NCBI GenBank assembly: GCA_009841225.1
Contig: VXMF01000036.1
Span: forward strand, 7,825 to 71,824
From: Terriglobia bacterium
Lineage (GTDB): Bacteria; Acidobacteriota; Terriglobia; Bryobacterales; UBA6623
Direction of reading: 5' to 3'
Length of the DNA: 64,000 bases
Every line of letters begins with the position of its first letter. The first letter of the stretch is position 1. The translations under genes were made by a program, and so were the position numbers. The notes under the pieces are model-generated. The model did no database searches, was not told where the DNA came from, and worked only from the letters and a program-made list of their open reading frames with translations. This document shows, piece after piece, positions 45,865-54,634 of this stretch.

Positions 45865-47409
45865 ATGCAAGGCGGACGAAACACCTCGCGGTTCGCGCGT
45901 TGGGCCCCTTCCAAGCGATTGCTATGGGCCAGCCTCATTCTGCTTGGACTCGGCACGGCAGTCTCAGGTCAGCAGTCGCCCGAAGAACGAGTTGCGGCCC
46001 ACCTGCAGGAGGCGAAGCGGGCAGAGTCTGCTCAGGACTATTTGGCCGCGGCCGTACAGTACAAGGCGATCCTGGAACTACGGCCCGAATGGGCGCTCAT
46101 CCACCAGAGCCTCGGTGTCACCCTCCATCTCGCCAAGCAATACTCGCAAGCGATTCAGCCCCTGAAGCGAGCTGTGCAGCTGGACAATCAGCTCTGGGGA
46201 GCGTACCTGTTCCTAGGGATGGACTACCACCAGACGCACCAGTTCGAGGCCGCGGTGGCAGCGCTCGAGAAGAGCCTTGCGCTGAACCCGGAAATGGCGG
46301 AGACCAGACGCTGGCTCGGCCTGAGCCACTCTGCTCTGCGAAGCTACGAGGTTGCGATCTCCCACCTGCTGCGAATCACGACTGAGCGTGCCGAGGATGC
46401 GGAGGCGCTGTTCCACCTTGCGCGAGCGTACGATAGCCGCGCTGCGCAACTCTTTCAGTCGATTGGAGATAAAGATCCGGAGTCTCCGTTCGTGTATTTG
46501 CTGCAGGCGGAGCGATTCGCATCGGAAGGCGACCTTTCGAGGGCAAGGGCGGAATACCGGAGGGCGCTCGACGTCCGGCCCGATCTAACGGGAATACTCA
46601 GTGGGCTCGACCTAACCCAAGCCGGCTCCAGCCCGCCGGCAACGAAGCCGACGAACGCATTGGCCGGGATTCGGTCCAGCTTCGTCTCGGGCCGCTTTGA
46701 AGAAGCATCGAGTGCGGCGAAAGGAGTCCTAGCTGCGCAGCCGGAGAATGCTGAAGCGACGTATTGGCTCGGTCGGGCCTACCAAGGCCTTGCTGCTGGG
46801 ACACTCGATCGCTTGACGGAGGTGGCGCCGGAGTCCTACAGAGTCGACCAGCTAGCCGGCGAGACCCACGAGGAGCGAACCGAATATCGGAAGGCTGTCG
46901 AAGCCTATCGTAGGGCGCTCCAAAAGGCGCCAGAAGTCCCCGGGCTGCGTTATTTGATCGGCACGGCCTATTGGAAAATGGGCAGCTTCTCTGATGCGCA
47001 GGAGTGGCTCGAGGAGGAACTCGAGCGCAACCCGCACCACGCCCGCGCCCGGTACCGGCTTGGCAACCTGCTCCTTGACCGAGGCCGGCCCGCCGCTGCG
47101 ATTCCACACTTACGTCAAGCGCTTGCAGCCACGCCGAATCTTGCCGAGGCCCGCTTCGATTTGGGACGCGCCTACCTCGAGGACCGGCAGCATGCTGCCG
47201 CCGCCGCGCAACTCGAAGAGTACACGCGAATCAGTCCAGCCAACGACCGCGCACGCTACCTCTTGGGCAATGCCTACCGCGGCCTCGGCCGCATGGAAGA
47301 TGCGCGCAGAGAGTTCCAAGCCTATCAGGAACTCAGCCAGCAACGACTCCGCAAGGTGCAGCAGGACGTGAAGAGTGTCGCGGAAGACGTCAATCAGGCG
47401 GATCCATAG
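45865..47409 (+). CDS. Secreted TPR-repeat protein
   Basis: The signal peptide is LLWASLILLGLGTAVSG. TPR units run throughout (AAAVQYKAILELRPEW, YLFLGMDYHQTHQFEAAV, RYLLGNAYRGLGRMEDARREF). Confidence 0.85.
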   Translation: MQGGRNTSRFARWAPSKRLLWASLILLGLGTAVSGQQSPEERVAAHLQEAKRAESAQDYLAAAVQYKAILELRPEWALIHQSLGVTLHLAKQYSQAIQPLKRAVQLDNQLWGAYLFLGMDYHQTHQFEAAVAALEKSLALNPEMAETRRWLGLSHSALRSYEVAISHLLRITTERAEDAEALFHLARAYDSRAAQLFQSIGDKDPESPFVYLLQAERFASEGDLSRARAEYRRALDVRPDLTGILSGLDLTQAGSSPPATKPTNALAGIRSSFVSGRFEEASSAAKGVLAAQPENAEATYWLGRAYQGLAAGTLDRLTEVAPESYRVDQLAGETHEERTEYRKAVEAYRRALQKAPEVPGLRYLIGTAYWKMGSFSDAQEWLEEELERNPHHARARYRLGNLLLDRGRPAAAIPHLRQALAATPNLAEARFDLGRAYLEDRQHAAAAAQLEEYTRISPANDRARYLLGNAYRGLGRMEDARREFQAYQELSQQRLRKVQQDVKSVAEDVNQADP

Positions 47410-47430
47410 CTTGGCCGGCGACTCGTCGTC

Positions 47431-49194
47431 CTATGGTGCCGGTTCTTCAATCCTCAGGACTTGGTTGACTCGTACGTCTTTCAGCACCTGCTCGGAGCCG
47501 TTCGGCCACCGAATCGTAACGACATCGACCGATTCGCGTCCGCCAAGTCCGAAGTGCAGCCGTCGGTCGTTGTGCGACTGGTAGCTGCCGCCACTCCTGA
47601 CTTCCCGAACCTGTCGTAGGTCGCCGGCCGCGACGGTGGCACGAGCCCCGATAGCCGACCGATTTGACCGTGTCCCGCTCAGATCGAGCAGCAGCCAGTT
47701 CCCGGTTGCCGCGCTTCCCCGCAACAGCGTCGGGGGTGCGTCGAGGTTCGCGATCAGTAGGTCGATCCGGCCGTCATTGTCAATGTCACCGGCAGCCAGT
47801 CCTCGGCTGGAATGCGGACCCTGGGAACGGTCAGGCAACTCGATCGTTTGGAATGTGCCGTCACCGCGGTTTCGGAAGGCCGAATTCGGCTGGCGGTACC
47901 GGATGCCAAGGTCGTGGCGGTCCACCTCGGGGTAGACATGGCCATCAGCAATCACAATGTCGAGAAACCCGTCGAGGTCGAAGTCGACAAATCGCACACC
48001 CCAGCTCAGCTTTGCCCAGGTCGGCTCTCCCAAGCCCGCCCTGGCCGAGACATCACGAAATACGTCATCGCCGACGTTGCGGTAGACGGTGTTGTAGTCG
48101 TCGGAAAAGTTCGTGACGATCAGGTCCACGCGGCCGTCGTTGTCGAAGTCGCCGAAATCGACTCCCATGCCGGCCTGCTCCTTGCCGTCCGCGCTCAAAG
48201 CGATGCCGGCCAGCAAAGCGATTTCCGTGAACGTCCCGTCGCCGTTGTTCTCGAACAGATAGTTGGCCATCGAATCGTTGGCGACATAGATGTCTTGGTC
48301 GCCATCGTGGTCGTAGTCAGTCCAGACGACACCAAGTCCGTAGGAGTTAGGCACGGCCCCGACGCCGGAGGCGGAGGTGGCATCTCGGAAACGTCCGTCG
48401 CCTAAGTTTTCGTAGAGCCTGTCCGCGGTCGGGATCATGCCCCGGGGCCCGCATTGCACCCGGATGCCTCGATAGCGGCACAGCTGGCTGTCCTCGGGGA
48501 GGTCCTCTAGGTCGAACTCAAGATAGTTGGTGACGTAGAGGTCGACGTCACCGTCTCTATCGTAGTCACCGAACGAAGCAGACGAACTCCACTCGTCTCC
48601 TTCCAAGTCCGCGCCTGCGGCACTGCTGAACGTGCCGTCCCCGCGGTTCAGGTACAAACGGTTCGGCCCATAGTTGGTGACGTAGATGTCGTCGTACCCG
48701 TTGTTGTCGACATCCGCGACCGCGACTCCCATGCCCCAACTCGAATCGCCGAGTCCGGAATCTTCCGTGACGTCGTCGAAGGTGCCGTCCCCGTTGTTGC
48801 GGTACAAGCGATCGATGGCACACGGCGCTCCTGCTGCGAGCGCGTCGAGCGTACCGCCATTGACGAGATAGATGTCAATCCAGCCATCGTCGTCGAAGTC
48901 TACGAACGCGACTCCCCCAGCCATCGATTCGAGGATGTACGGCTTGTCCGCAGCCCCGGAGACAAGCTTGCGGCTCAGGCCGCTTTCCGCCGAAGCATCC
49001 CGAAACTGAGCGTCTGCGGCCAAGCAGGAAAGTGCCGCCAGGACAGCGATCGGCAGGAATCGGCCTAGGAACTTCCTCGTTGCCACGTTTCGCGAGGGGT
49101 TCACGCGCGCATCCGTCGGCTGATCCTGCGGCACTTTGAACGATCGTGCGATCGGCGTGCTCGTCCAGAGCGATGGGGCCGGCTGGCAACTCAT
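47431..49194 (-). CDS. CRTAC1-family protein (FG-GAP/VCBS repeats plus ASPIC/UnbV C-terminal domain)
   Basis: FG-GAP-like Ca-binding repeats are present (VDFDDDGWIDIY, ADVDNNGYDDIY, GDYDRDGDVDLY, GDFDNDGRVDL, VDFDLDGFLDI, GDIDNDGRIDLL). The UnbV/ASPIC tail is NRSAIGARATV...GGSYQSHNDRRLHFGLG. The start is either ATG 49194 (ATGA overlap with the upstream stop) or GTG 49086, just before the signal peptide. Confidence 0.9.
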   Translation of the reverse strand: MSCQPAPSLWTSTPIARSFKVPQDQPTDARVNPSRNVATRKFLGRFLPIAVLAALSCLAADAQFRDASAESGLSRKLVSGAADKPYILESMAGGVAFVDFDDDGWIDIYLVNGGTLDALAAGAPCAIDRLYRNNGDGTFDDVTEDSGLGDSSWGMGVAVADVDNNGYDDIYVTNYGPNRLYLNRGDGTFSSAAGADLEGDEWSSSASFGDYDRDGDVDLYVTNYLEFDLEDLPEDSQLCRYRGIRVQCGPRGMIPTADRLYENLGDGRFRDATSASGVGAVPNSYGLGVVWTDYDHDGDQDIYVANDSMANYLFENNGDGTFTEIALLAGIALSADGKEQAGMGVDFGDFDNDGRVDLIVTNFSDDYNTVYRNVGDDVFRDVSARAGLGEPTWAKLSWGVRFVDFDLDGFLDIVIADGHVYPEVDRHDLGIRYRQPNSAFRNRGDGTFQTIELPDRSQGPHSSRGLAAGDIDNDGRIDLLIANLDAPPTLLRGSAATGNWLLLDLSGTRSNRSAIGARATVAAGDLRQVREVRSGGSYQSHNDRRLHFGLGGRESVDVVTIRWPNGSEQVLKDVRVNQVLRIEEPAP

Positions 49195-50861
49195 TCGGGC
49201 CCGGGCTCCTCGACCAGCAGTATCTGGTTCAACGCGACATCTTCGATCGTCCGTGTCCGGCCCGACGGCCACCGCACCGTAAGTTGCTCGATTCTCTCGT
49301 CGGCCCCGAATCCGAAATGCTGGCGCAGGTCGTTCGCGGAGAGGTAGCTCGCAGACGAGCGGACCTCGCGCAGTTGCATCCCGCTTCCAGAGGTCGCCTG
49401 TACCCTTGCCCCGATCGCCGAGCGGTCGCTGGCAGTTCCGCGCACATCAACCAGCAGCCAGGGGTTCTGGTTGCCGCCGTCATTGCGCAATAGGGTGGGT
49501 GGACCGTCCAGATTGTTTACGATCGCGTCCAAGTCTCCGTCGTTGTCATAGTCCCCGAGGGCGAGTCCGCGGCTCTTGTAACGCTCGGTGAGGCCTAAGT
49601 CTTCGCCTCGTTCCGAGAACTGGCGGTTGCCTTGGTTCATGAACACCAGCCAGCGCTGTTCGTACTTGAGGCCCATTTCGAACCGGTCCGCCTCAGGGTA
49701 GAGATGCCCGTTGACCACGAAGAGGTCTTCCCTAGAATCGTTGTTGAGATCGCCGAACGCCGCTCCCCAGCCCACGAACAAGTGCGTGCTCCTGCCGTGC
49801 CCCGACGCATACGTCAGGTTGGAGAAGCTGCCGTCCCTGTTGTTGACGAGCAGCGAATTGCTCTCGTAGGACGAGTTCGTGTAGTAGAGGTCTAGCCAGC
49901 CGTCTTGGTCGATGTCCGCGGCATCCACACCCATCGAGCCCTCTTCAACGCCGTCTTGCGAGAAGGCCGTTCCTGTCAGCACGGCCAGTTCCTCGAAGGT
50001 GCCGTCGCCGTTGTTCTGGTAGAAGAGATTCGCGGTCAGGTCGTTTGCCACGAAGATGTCCGGCCACGAGTCGTTGTTGTAATCTGCCACCAGCACGCCG
50101 AGCCCGTACAGCATGTCTTCATCGATCGAGCGCTGGGCGGCAATTTCCTCAAAGTGCCCGCGGCCGTCATTGAGGTAGAGCGAATCACGCAGGCCCGTGA
50201 GGCCCCGCGGGCCGCAGAACACGTCGAAGCCGCGATAGTTGCAGTTCGCGTCCCGCTTGGGCAGCCGGTTCAGCGGGTACGCCAGGTAGTTGGTGACATA
50301 GAGATCGAGATCCCCATCTCGATCGAGGTCGGCGAAGGCAGCGCCTAGGCTCCATCGCGACACCCCGATTCCCGCGCTGCGGGCGACCTCCTCGAAGGTG
50401 CCGTCGCCGAGGTTCCTGTAGAGTGCGTTGCTTCCGTATCCGGTCAGGAAGAAATCGGTCTTTCCGTCGCCGTCAAAGTCCCCAAGCGCAACGCCCTGTC
50501 CCCAGCCTCTAGCCGTGAGCCCGGCCTCGCCGGTGACGTCTTCAAACGTTCCCCGACCGCTCCCGCGGTACAGGGCGCACATCAGGTCGCCGCCCCGCTC
50601 GAACTGCTCGATCGTCGAACCGCGCACGAGCAAGATGTCAAGGTATCCATCTGCGTTGTAGTCCACAAACGCGGCACCGCCGCCCATCACCTCGATGATG
50701 TGCTCCTTGGTGACACTCCCCTGGAGGCCGTCAAACGCTTGGAGGCCTGAGTTAGAAGTGACGTCCACGAAACGGAGATCCGGTGGCTGGGCGGCGATAA
50801 GAGCCGCTCCGAACGCGGTCGTCGCGACGAACCCTTGGAGACGCTTGAAGTGCGATTGCAA
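49191..50861 (-). CDS. CRTAC1-family protein (FG-GAP/VCBS repeats plus ASPIC/UnbV domain), tandem paralog
   Basis: It has the same architecture as the downstream copy (VDYNADGYLDIL, GDFDGDGKTDFF, ADLDRDGDLDLY, ADIDQDGWLDLY, GDYDNDGDLDAI, DRSAIGARVQA...SASYLSANDLRQHFGFG). The probable TTG start at 50861 gives the signal peptide (M)QSHFKRLQGFVATTAFGAALIAAQ. The ORF maximum extends to TTG 51095. Confidence 0.85.
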   Translation of the reverse strand: MQSHFKRLQGFVATTAFGAALIAAQPPDLRFVDVTSNSGLQAFDGLQGSVTKEHIIEVMGGGAAFVDYNADGYLDILLVRGSTIEQFERGGDLMCALYRGSGRGTFEDVTGEAGLTARGWGQGVALGDFDGDGKTDFFLTGYGSNALYRNLGDGTFEEVARSAGIGVSRWSLGAAFADLDRDGDLDLYVTNYLAYPLNRLPKRDANCNYRGFDVFCGPRGLTGLRDSLYLNDGRGHFEEIAAQRSIDEDMLYGLGVLVADYNNDSWPDIFVANDLTANLFYQNNGDGTFEELAVLTGTAFSQDGVEEGSMGVDAADIDQDGWLDLYYTNSSYESNSLLVNNRDGSFSNLTYASGHGRSTHLFVGWGAAFGDLNNDSREDLFVVNGHLYPEADRFEMGLKYEQRWLVFMNQGNRQFSERGEDLGLTERYKSRGLALGDYDNDGDLDAIVNNLDGPPTLLRNDGGNQNPWLLVDVRGTASDRSAIGARVQATSGSGMQLREVRSSASYLSANDLRQHFGFGADERIEQLTVRWPSGRTRTIEDVALNQILLVEEPGPE

Positions 50862-51104
50862 CAGTCTTCGCCGGCGTCCCGCAGACGAATTACCGTAGCA
50901 AGCGTCAGGCGGGCCGAACCTCAGCCCAGCTTGCGGGGCAAGCTCTGCTGGACGGCGAATCGCAGGCTGCGGCCTTAGCCTAGAGCGACGGGCCCCAAAA
51001 CAAATGTCCCATCGAATCGCGTCGCTCCAGATTGCTCGAATCACTCTGCGGGGTGTGCGGTTCGTCGCTAGGGCAGGCCCGGCGCGGACACGCAACGCTC
51101 TCGC

Positions 51105-54100
51105 CTAGAAAATTATCTTCAGGCCGAACTGGATCTGCCGCGCAAACTGTTGCGGTGCCAGCCCGCCGATGGCGCCGAATACCCCCGCACCGGCGTCGAA
51201 GTTCGTGTTGGGCTTCCCGAAGTTCACGTTGTTGAACGCGTTGAAGAACTCGGAGCGGAACTGCAGGCCGACGCGTTCCGTCAGCCTGAAGTTCTTGAAC
51301 AGGCCGGCATCGAACTGGAAAAGGCCCGGGCCGATGAGCACGTTTCGCCCAAAGTTGCCAAACGTGTACGCTGCCGGTTCGCTGAATGCCGAGAGGTTGA
51401 AGTACTCTTCCGGCGCGCCGCTCACGCCCCCGTAAGGGTCGCCCGCCAGATTCGGACGCTGGGCTCCCACGCGTGGGCCTATATTCGCGATATCGCGCGG
51501 GACGGAAGTGTTGACGGGCGGCCCGCTGCTGCTGGTGATGATGCCCGTGAGTTGCCAGCCGCCTAGGACGGCATCGGCGGCCTTGTTCCAGCTCGCTCCG
51601 AACGCCTTGTCTCTCCCGAAGGGAAGTTGCCAGACGTAGTCGAACGTGAGGGAGTGGGCGCGGTGAAGGTCCGAAAGCGCCCGGTCGCCAAGGATGTCGT
51701 GCGGGTTTTGGGCCGTCTGGCTCGCCGAGAAGCCAGCTCCGAGGACATCGATCGTCTTTCCGAACGCGTAGTTTCCGCGGAATGAGAGACCGTCGGAGAA
51801 GCGTTTCTCGATCTTGAACTGCAGCCCGTGATAGATCGACGTGGCTTGATTGCCCATCTCGCTCAGGGGGCCGTACTGCGGCAACGGACGGCGTGGCTGC
51901 ACCTCTCCCGGCCCCGCTTGTGCCGTATTGACATTGGAGAACGTAGAGAGCTTGACGCCTCTGGTGCCGACATAGCCCAGCTCGACCATCAAGTCGTCCG
52001 CCAGCTGGCGTTGGACGTGAAAGTTCCACTGCATCGTGTAACTGGTCCGATTGTTGCGGGGCACGATGTGCTGGGCGTTGGGCGCGACCGTGCTGCCCAT
52101 CTGCACGTCTAGGTCAGGCGAAAACGTCGTCTCGACCGGGCTGACCGGCCCGCGATCGTTGAGGTTCGAGAAGTTCTCGCTAATCGCGAACGGCCAGTTG
52201 CCACGCACGCCTTGGGCCTCCCATAGGTAGTTGGTCATGTAGAAGACGCCGAATCCAGACCGCACGGTAGTCTTTTCGCCGAGGCGATAAGCCATGCCCA
52301 CGCGGGGCGCGAAGTTGTTGTTATCCGGCTCAACGATCCCGCGACGAACGTTCGGCCCTTCGCCGGTGATCGGGTTCACGCCGTCCCACAGGAATTGGCC
52401 CGTCAGCAGATCGATCGAGGCCAGCAGGTCATCGCGGTGCTTCGGCCATTCGCTGTTGTCGTAGCGCAGGCCTAGGTTGACCGTCAGATCGGATGTCGCT
52501 CTCCAATCGTCTTGGAAGAAGAAACTGTAGTCTTCCTTCCGCATGATCGCTGTCGTGCCCTCGCCGATGTTTCGGCTCGCCACTGTCGGCAGGCCGAGCA
52601 GGTAGGACGCGACTGCATTGCCAGTAGCGGCGGCGTTCTGCGGATCCTCGGTGGGCACCTTATTGAAGTTCATGTTGCCGGTGAAATAGCCATCGTCGAG
52701 GTTGCGGTTGTGCTTGAATTCGAAGCCTGCCTTGATGCTGTGAGCCCCAGAGATCTTGGTAATCGTCGCGTACGCGCTGTACGAATCGTCGGGAAACGGA
52801 AAGCCGGTCTGACTGGGGCTTGCGAAGCCGGCGATCCTCCAGGCCGGGAAGAGCGGCACTGCTTCGCTCTTCAGAATCGGGATGCCTTGGATTCCGTTGC
52901 CCGTAATGAAGGCCTCAATGGCCTCCTTGCCTCCCGGAGCGCTGTCAGCGATCTGGAGGTTGTTCCGGTGATAGGAGATCTTCGTGTCGATGATCGTGGT
53001 GGGGTTCACAGTGTGCGTGTCGCTGATCATGATGTTCGTGAACGTGTTGACCAGGCGGTTTTCCACGGTGAAATGAGCGGTTGGGCGAGGGCTCACCGAA
53101 TCGCTGAAGTTGAATCGCCCGGTGAGGATGTTGTTGTCTCCGAATCGGTGATCGACCTTGCCCATCCATTGGTCGTTGTCGACTCGTGAAGCATTCGTGT
53201 TAATCAAGTTCAACGCTTGGCCCGGCAGGTTCGGAGCAGACCACAAGATCTCCTGCAGTTGCTTGGTCGACGCGTTGATCCTGCTGGCGGGAATTCTGTT
53301 GTTCGGCATCATCTGCCGCGACAGCTTCCCATCCGCGTTCTCCGCCGTTGTCCAAGGATCAAAGAAGGGGTCCGCCGGTCTCCCTTGCGTGTCGAGGGAA
53401 AGGTCGCCGCTGAACATCTCGCTGGTCGGGACGACATTGAGCAGGGTCGATTCTCGGCTTCGTCGCTGGCCCTCGTACATGAAGAAGAAGAACGTCCTAT
53501 TCCTCGCGATCGGGCCGCCAACCGTGGTGCCGAACTGGTTCTGTCGAAATTCTGGCCGCGGTGTCCCGGACCGGTTCGCGAAGAACTCAGAAGCGTCCAT
53601 GTTGTCATTGCGCAGAAACTCGAACGCCGTGCCGTGGACCTCGTTCGTTCCCGATTTGGTGACGATGTTGACATTCGCCCCCGCAGCTGTGCCGAACTCC
53701 GCGGAGGTGATGTTGGTCTGGATCTTGAACTCTTGGATGGCGTCGATCGAGGGCTGCAAGCCGTAGGTCTTGAAGAAGCTCTCGTTGTTGTTGACGCCAT
53801 CGAGCGTGTAGTTGTTGGCCTCGCTGCGGAGACCGCTGATCGAGACTGCCGTGCCGGAAGTCTGAAAGGCCGTTAGCGCCCCAGCGCCGGCCACGGCTCC
53901 TGGCATGAGGATGGTGAGCTGGGTGAAACTGCGGCCGTTCAAGGGCAATTCCACGACCTTCTTGTTGTCGACGGTCGAGGCGACGGTGGACGTGTCGGTT
54001 TGGAGCTGCAGTGCCGCAGCGCTAACTTCGACGACCTCGGTGACCTCGCCGATGGACAGGGTGAGATCGACACGCAGTGTCTGGTTCACAGCCAATACCA

Positions 54101-54380
54101 CCCCGGTCTGCTGGGCTTGGCTAAAGCCGGGCATTTCGGCTGAGACCGAATAGATTGCCGGAGGAAGCGACGGCACTGTAAAGCCGCCGGCCTCGCTGGT
54201 AGTAGCGACGCGGGCGTTGCCAGTGCCTTCGTTCGTGACAGTGACGGTGACGCCCGGCACGACGGCCCCGCTTTCGTCTGCGACATCGCCGAGAATGGTT
54301 CCGAATGAGGTCTGGGCGTGGATCGGCACAACGCTTAGCAGCGCCGCCAGCAAGACAAGTGAAAGGGTTTGCAGTCGCAT
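51105..54380 (-). CDS. TonB-dependent receptor with N-terminal carboxypeptidase-regulatory-like domain
   Basis: 1091 aa with a signal peptide. The CarboxypepD_reg-like beta-sandwich is GDVADESGAVVPGVTVTVTNEGTGNARVATTSEAGGFTVPSLPPAIYSV. The plug region is LNGRSFTQLTILMPGAV. A long beta-barrel ends in ..QFGLKIIF (terminal aromatic). Confidence 0.9.
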   Translation of the reverse strand: MRLQTLSLVLLAALLSVVPIHAQTSFGTILGDVADESGAVVPGVTVTVTNEGTGNARVATTSEAGGFTVPSLPPAIYSVSAEMPGFSQAQQTGVVLAVNQTLRVDLTLSIGEVTEVVEVSAAALQLQTDTSTVASTVDNKKVVELPLNGRSFTQLTILMPGAVAGAGALTAFQTSGTAVSISGLRSEANNYTLDGVNNNESFFKTYGLQPSIDAIQEFKIQTNITSAEFGTAAGANVNIVTKSGTNEVHGTAFEFLRNDNMDASEFFANRSGTPRPEFRQNQFGTTVGGPIARNRTFFFFMYEGQRRSRESTLLNVVPTSEMFSGDLSLDTQGRPADPFFDPWTTAENADGKLSRQMMPNNRIPASRINASTKQLQEILWSAPNLPGQALNLINTNASRVDNDQWMGKVDHRFGDNNILTGRFNFSDSVSPRPTAHFTVENRLVNTFTNIMISDTHTVNPTTIIDTKISYHRNNLQIADSAPGGKEAIEAFITGNGIQGIPILKSEAVPLFPAWRIAGFASPSQTGFPFPDDSYSAYATITKISGAHSIKAGFEFKHNRNLDDGYFTGNMNFNKVPTEDPQNAAATGNAVASYLLGLPTVASRNIGEGTTAIMRKEDYSFFFQDDWRATSDLTVNLGLRYDNSEWPKHRDDLLASIDLLTGQFLWDGVNPITGEGPNVRRGIVEPDNNNFAPRVGMAYRLGEKTTVRSGFGVFYMTNYLWEAQGVRGNWPFAISENFSNLNDRGPVSPVETTFSPDLDVQMGSTVAPNAQHIVPRNNRTSYTMQWNFHVQRQLADDLMVELGYVGTRGVKLSTFSNVNTAQAGPGEVQPRRPLPQYGPLSEMGNQATSIYHGLQFKIEKRFSDGLSFRGNYAFGKTIDVLGAGFSASQTAQNPHDILGDRALSDLHRAHSLTFDYVWQLPFGRDKAFGASWNKAADAVLGGWQLTGIITSSSGPPVNTSVPRDIANIGPRVGAQRPNLAGDPYGGVSGAPEEYFNLSAFSEPAAYTFGNFGRNVLIGPGLFQFDAGLFKNFRLTERVGLQFRSEFFNAFNNVNFGKPNTNFDAGAGVFGAIGGLAPQQFARQIQFGLKIIF

Positions 54381-54634
54381 TTATCCTCCCAGGAGCCAAT
54401 TCATCGTCCAACAGCCCGCACGAGCTGTGGCTGAGTCGCCCATCGTACCATCACTGTTGTCGGGCGTCGATTTTCTCCCACTCCGACTTGCTGGCCGCTG
54501 CGGTTCCGGCTCCTTGCTGCCTCATCGGTGCCGTGTTCGGGTGCTACGGCGCATGCTCCGATCTCAGCAGTTGGCCGACCGGGCGTCTGCTTGATCCGGA
54601 CCCAAGATTTCGGAGCCGGCCCACTTGAACGAAA

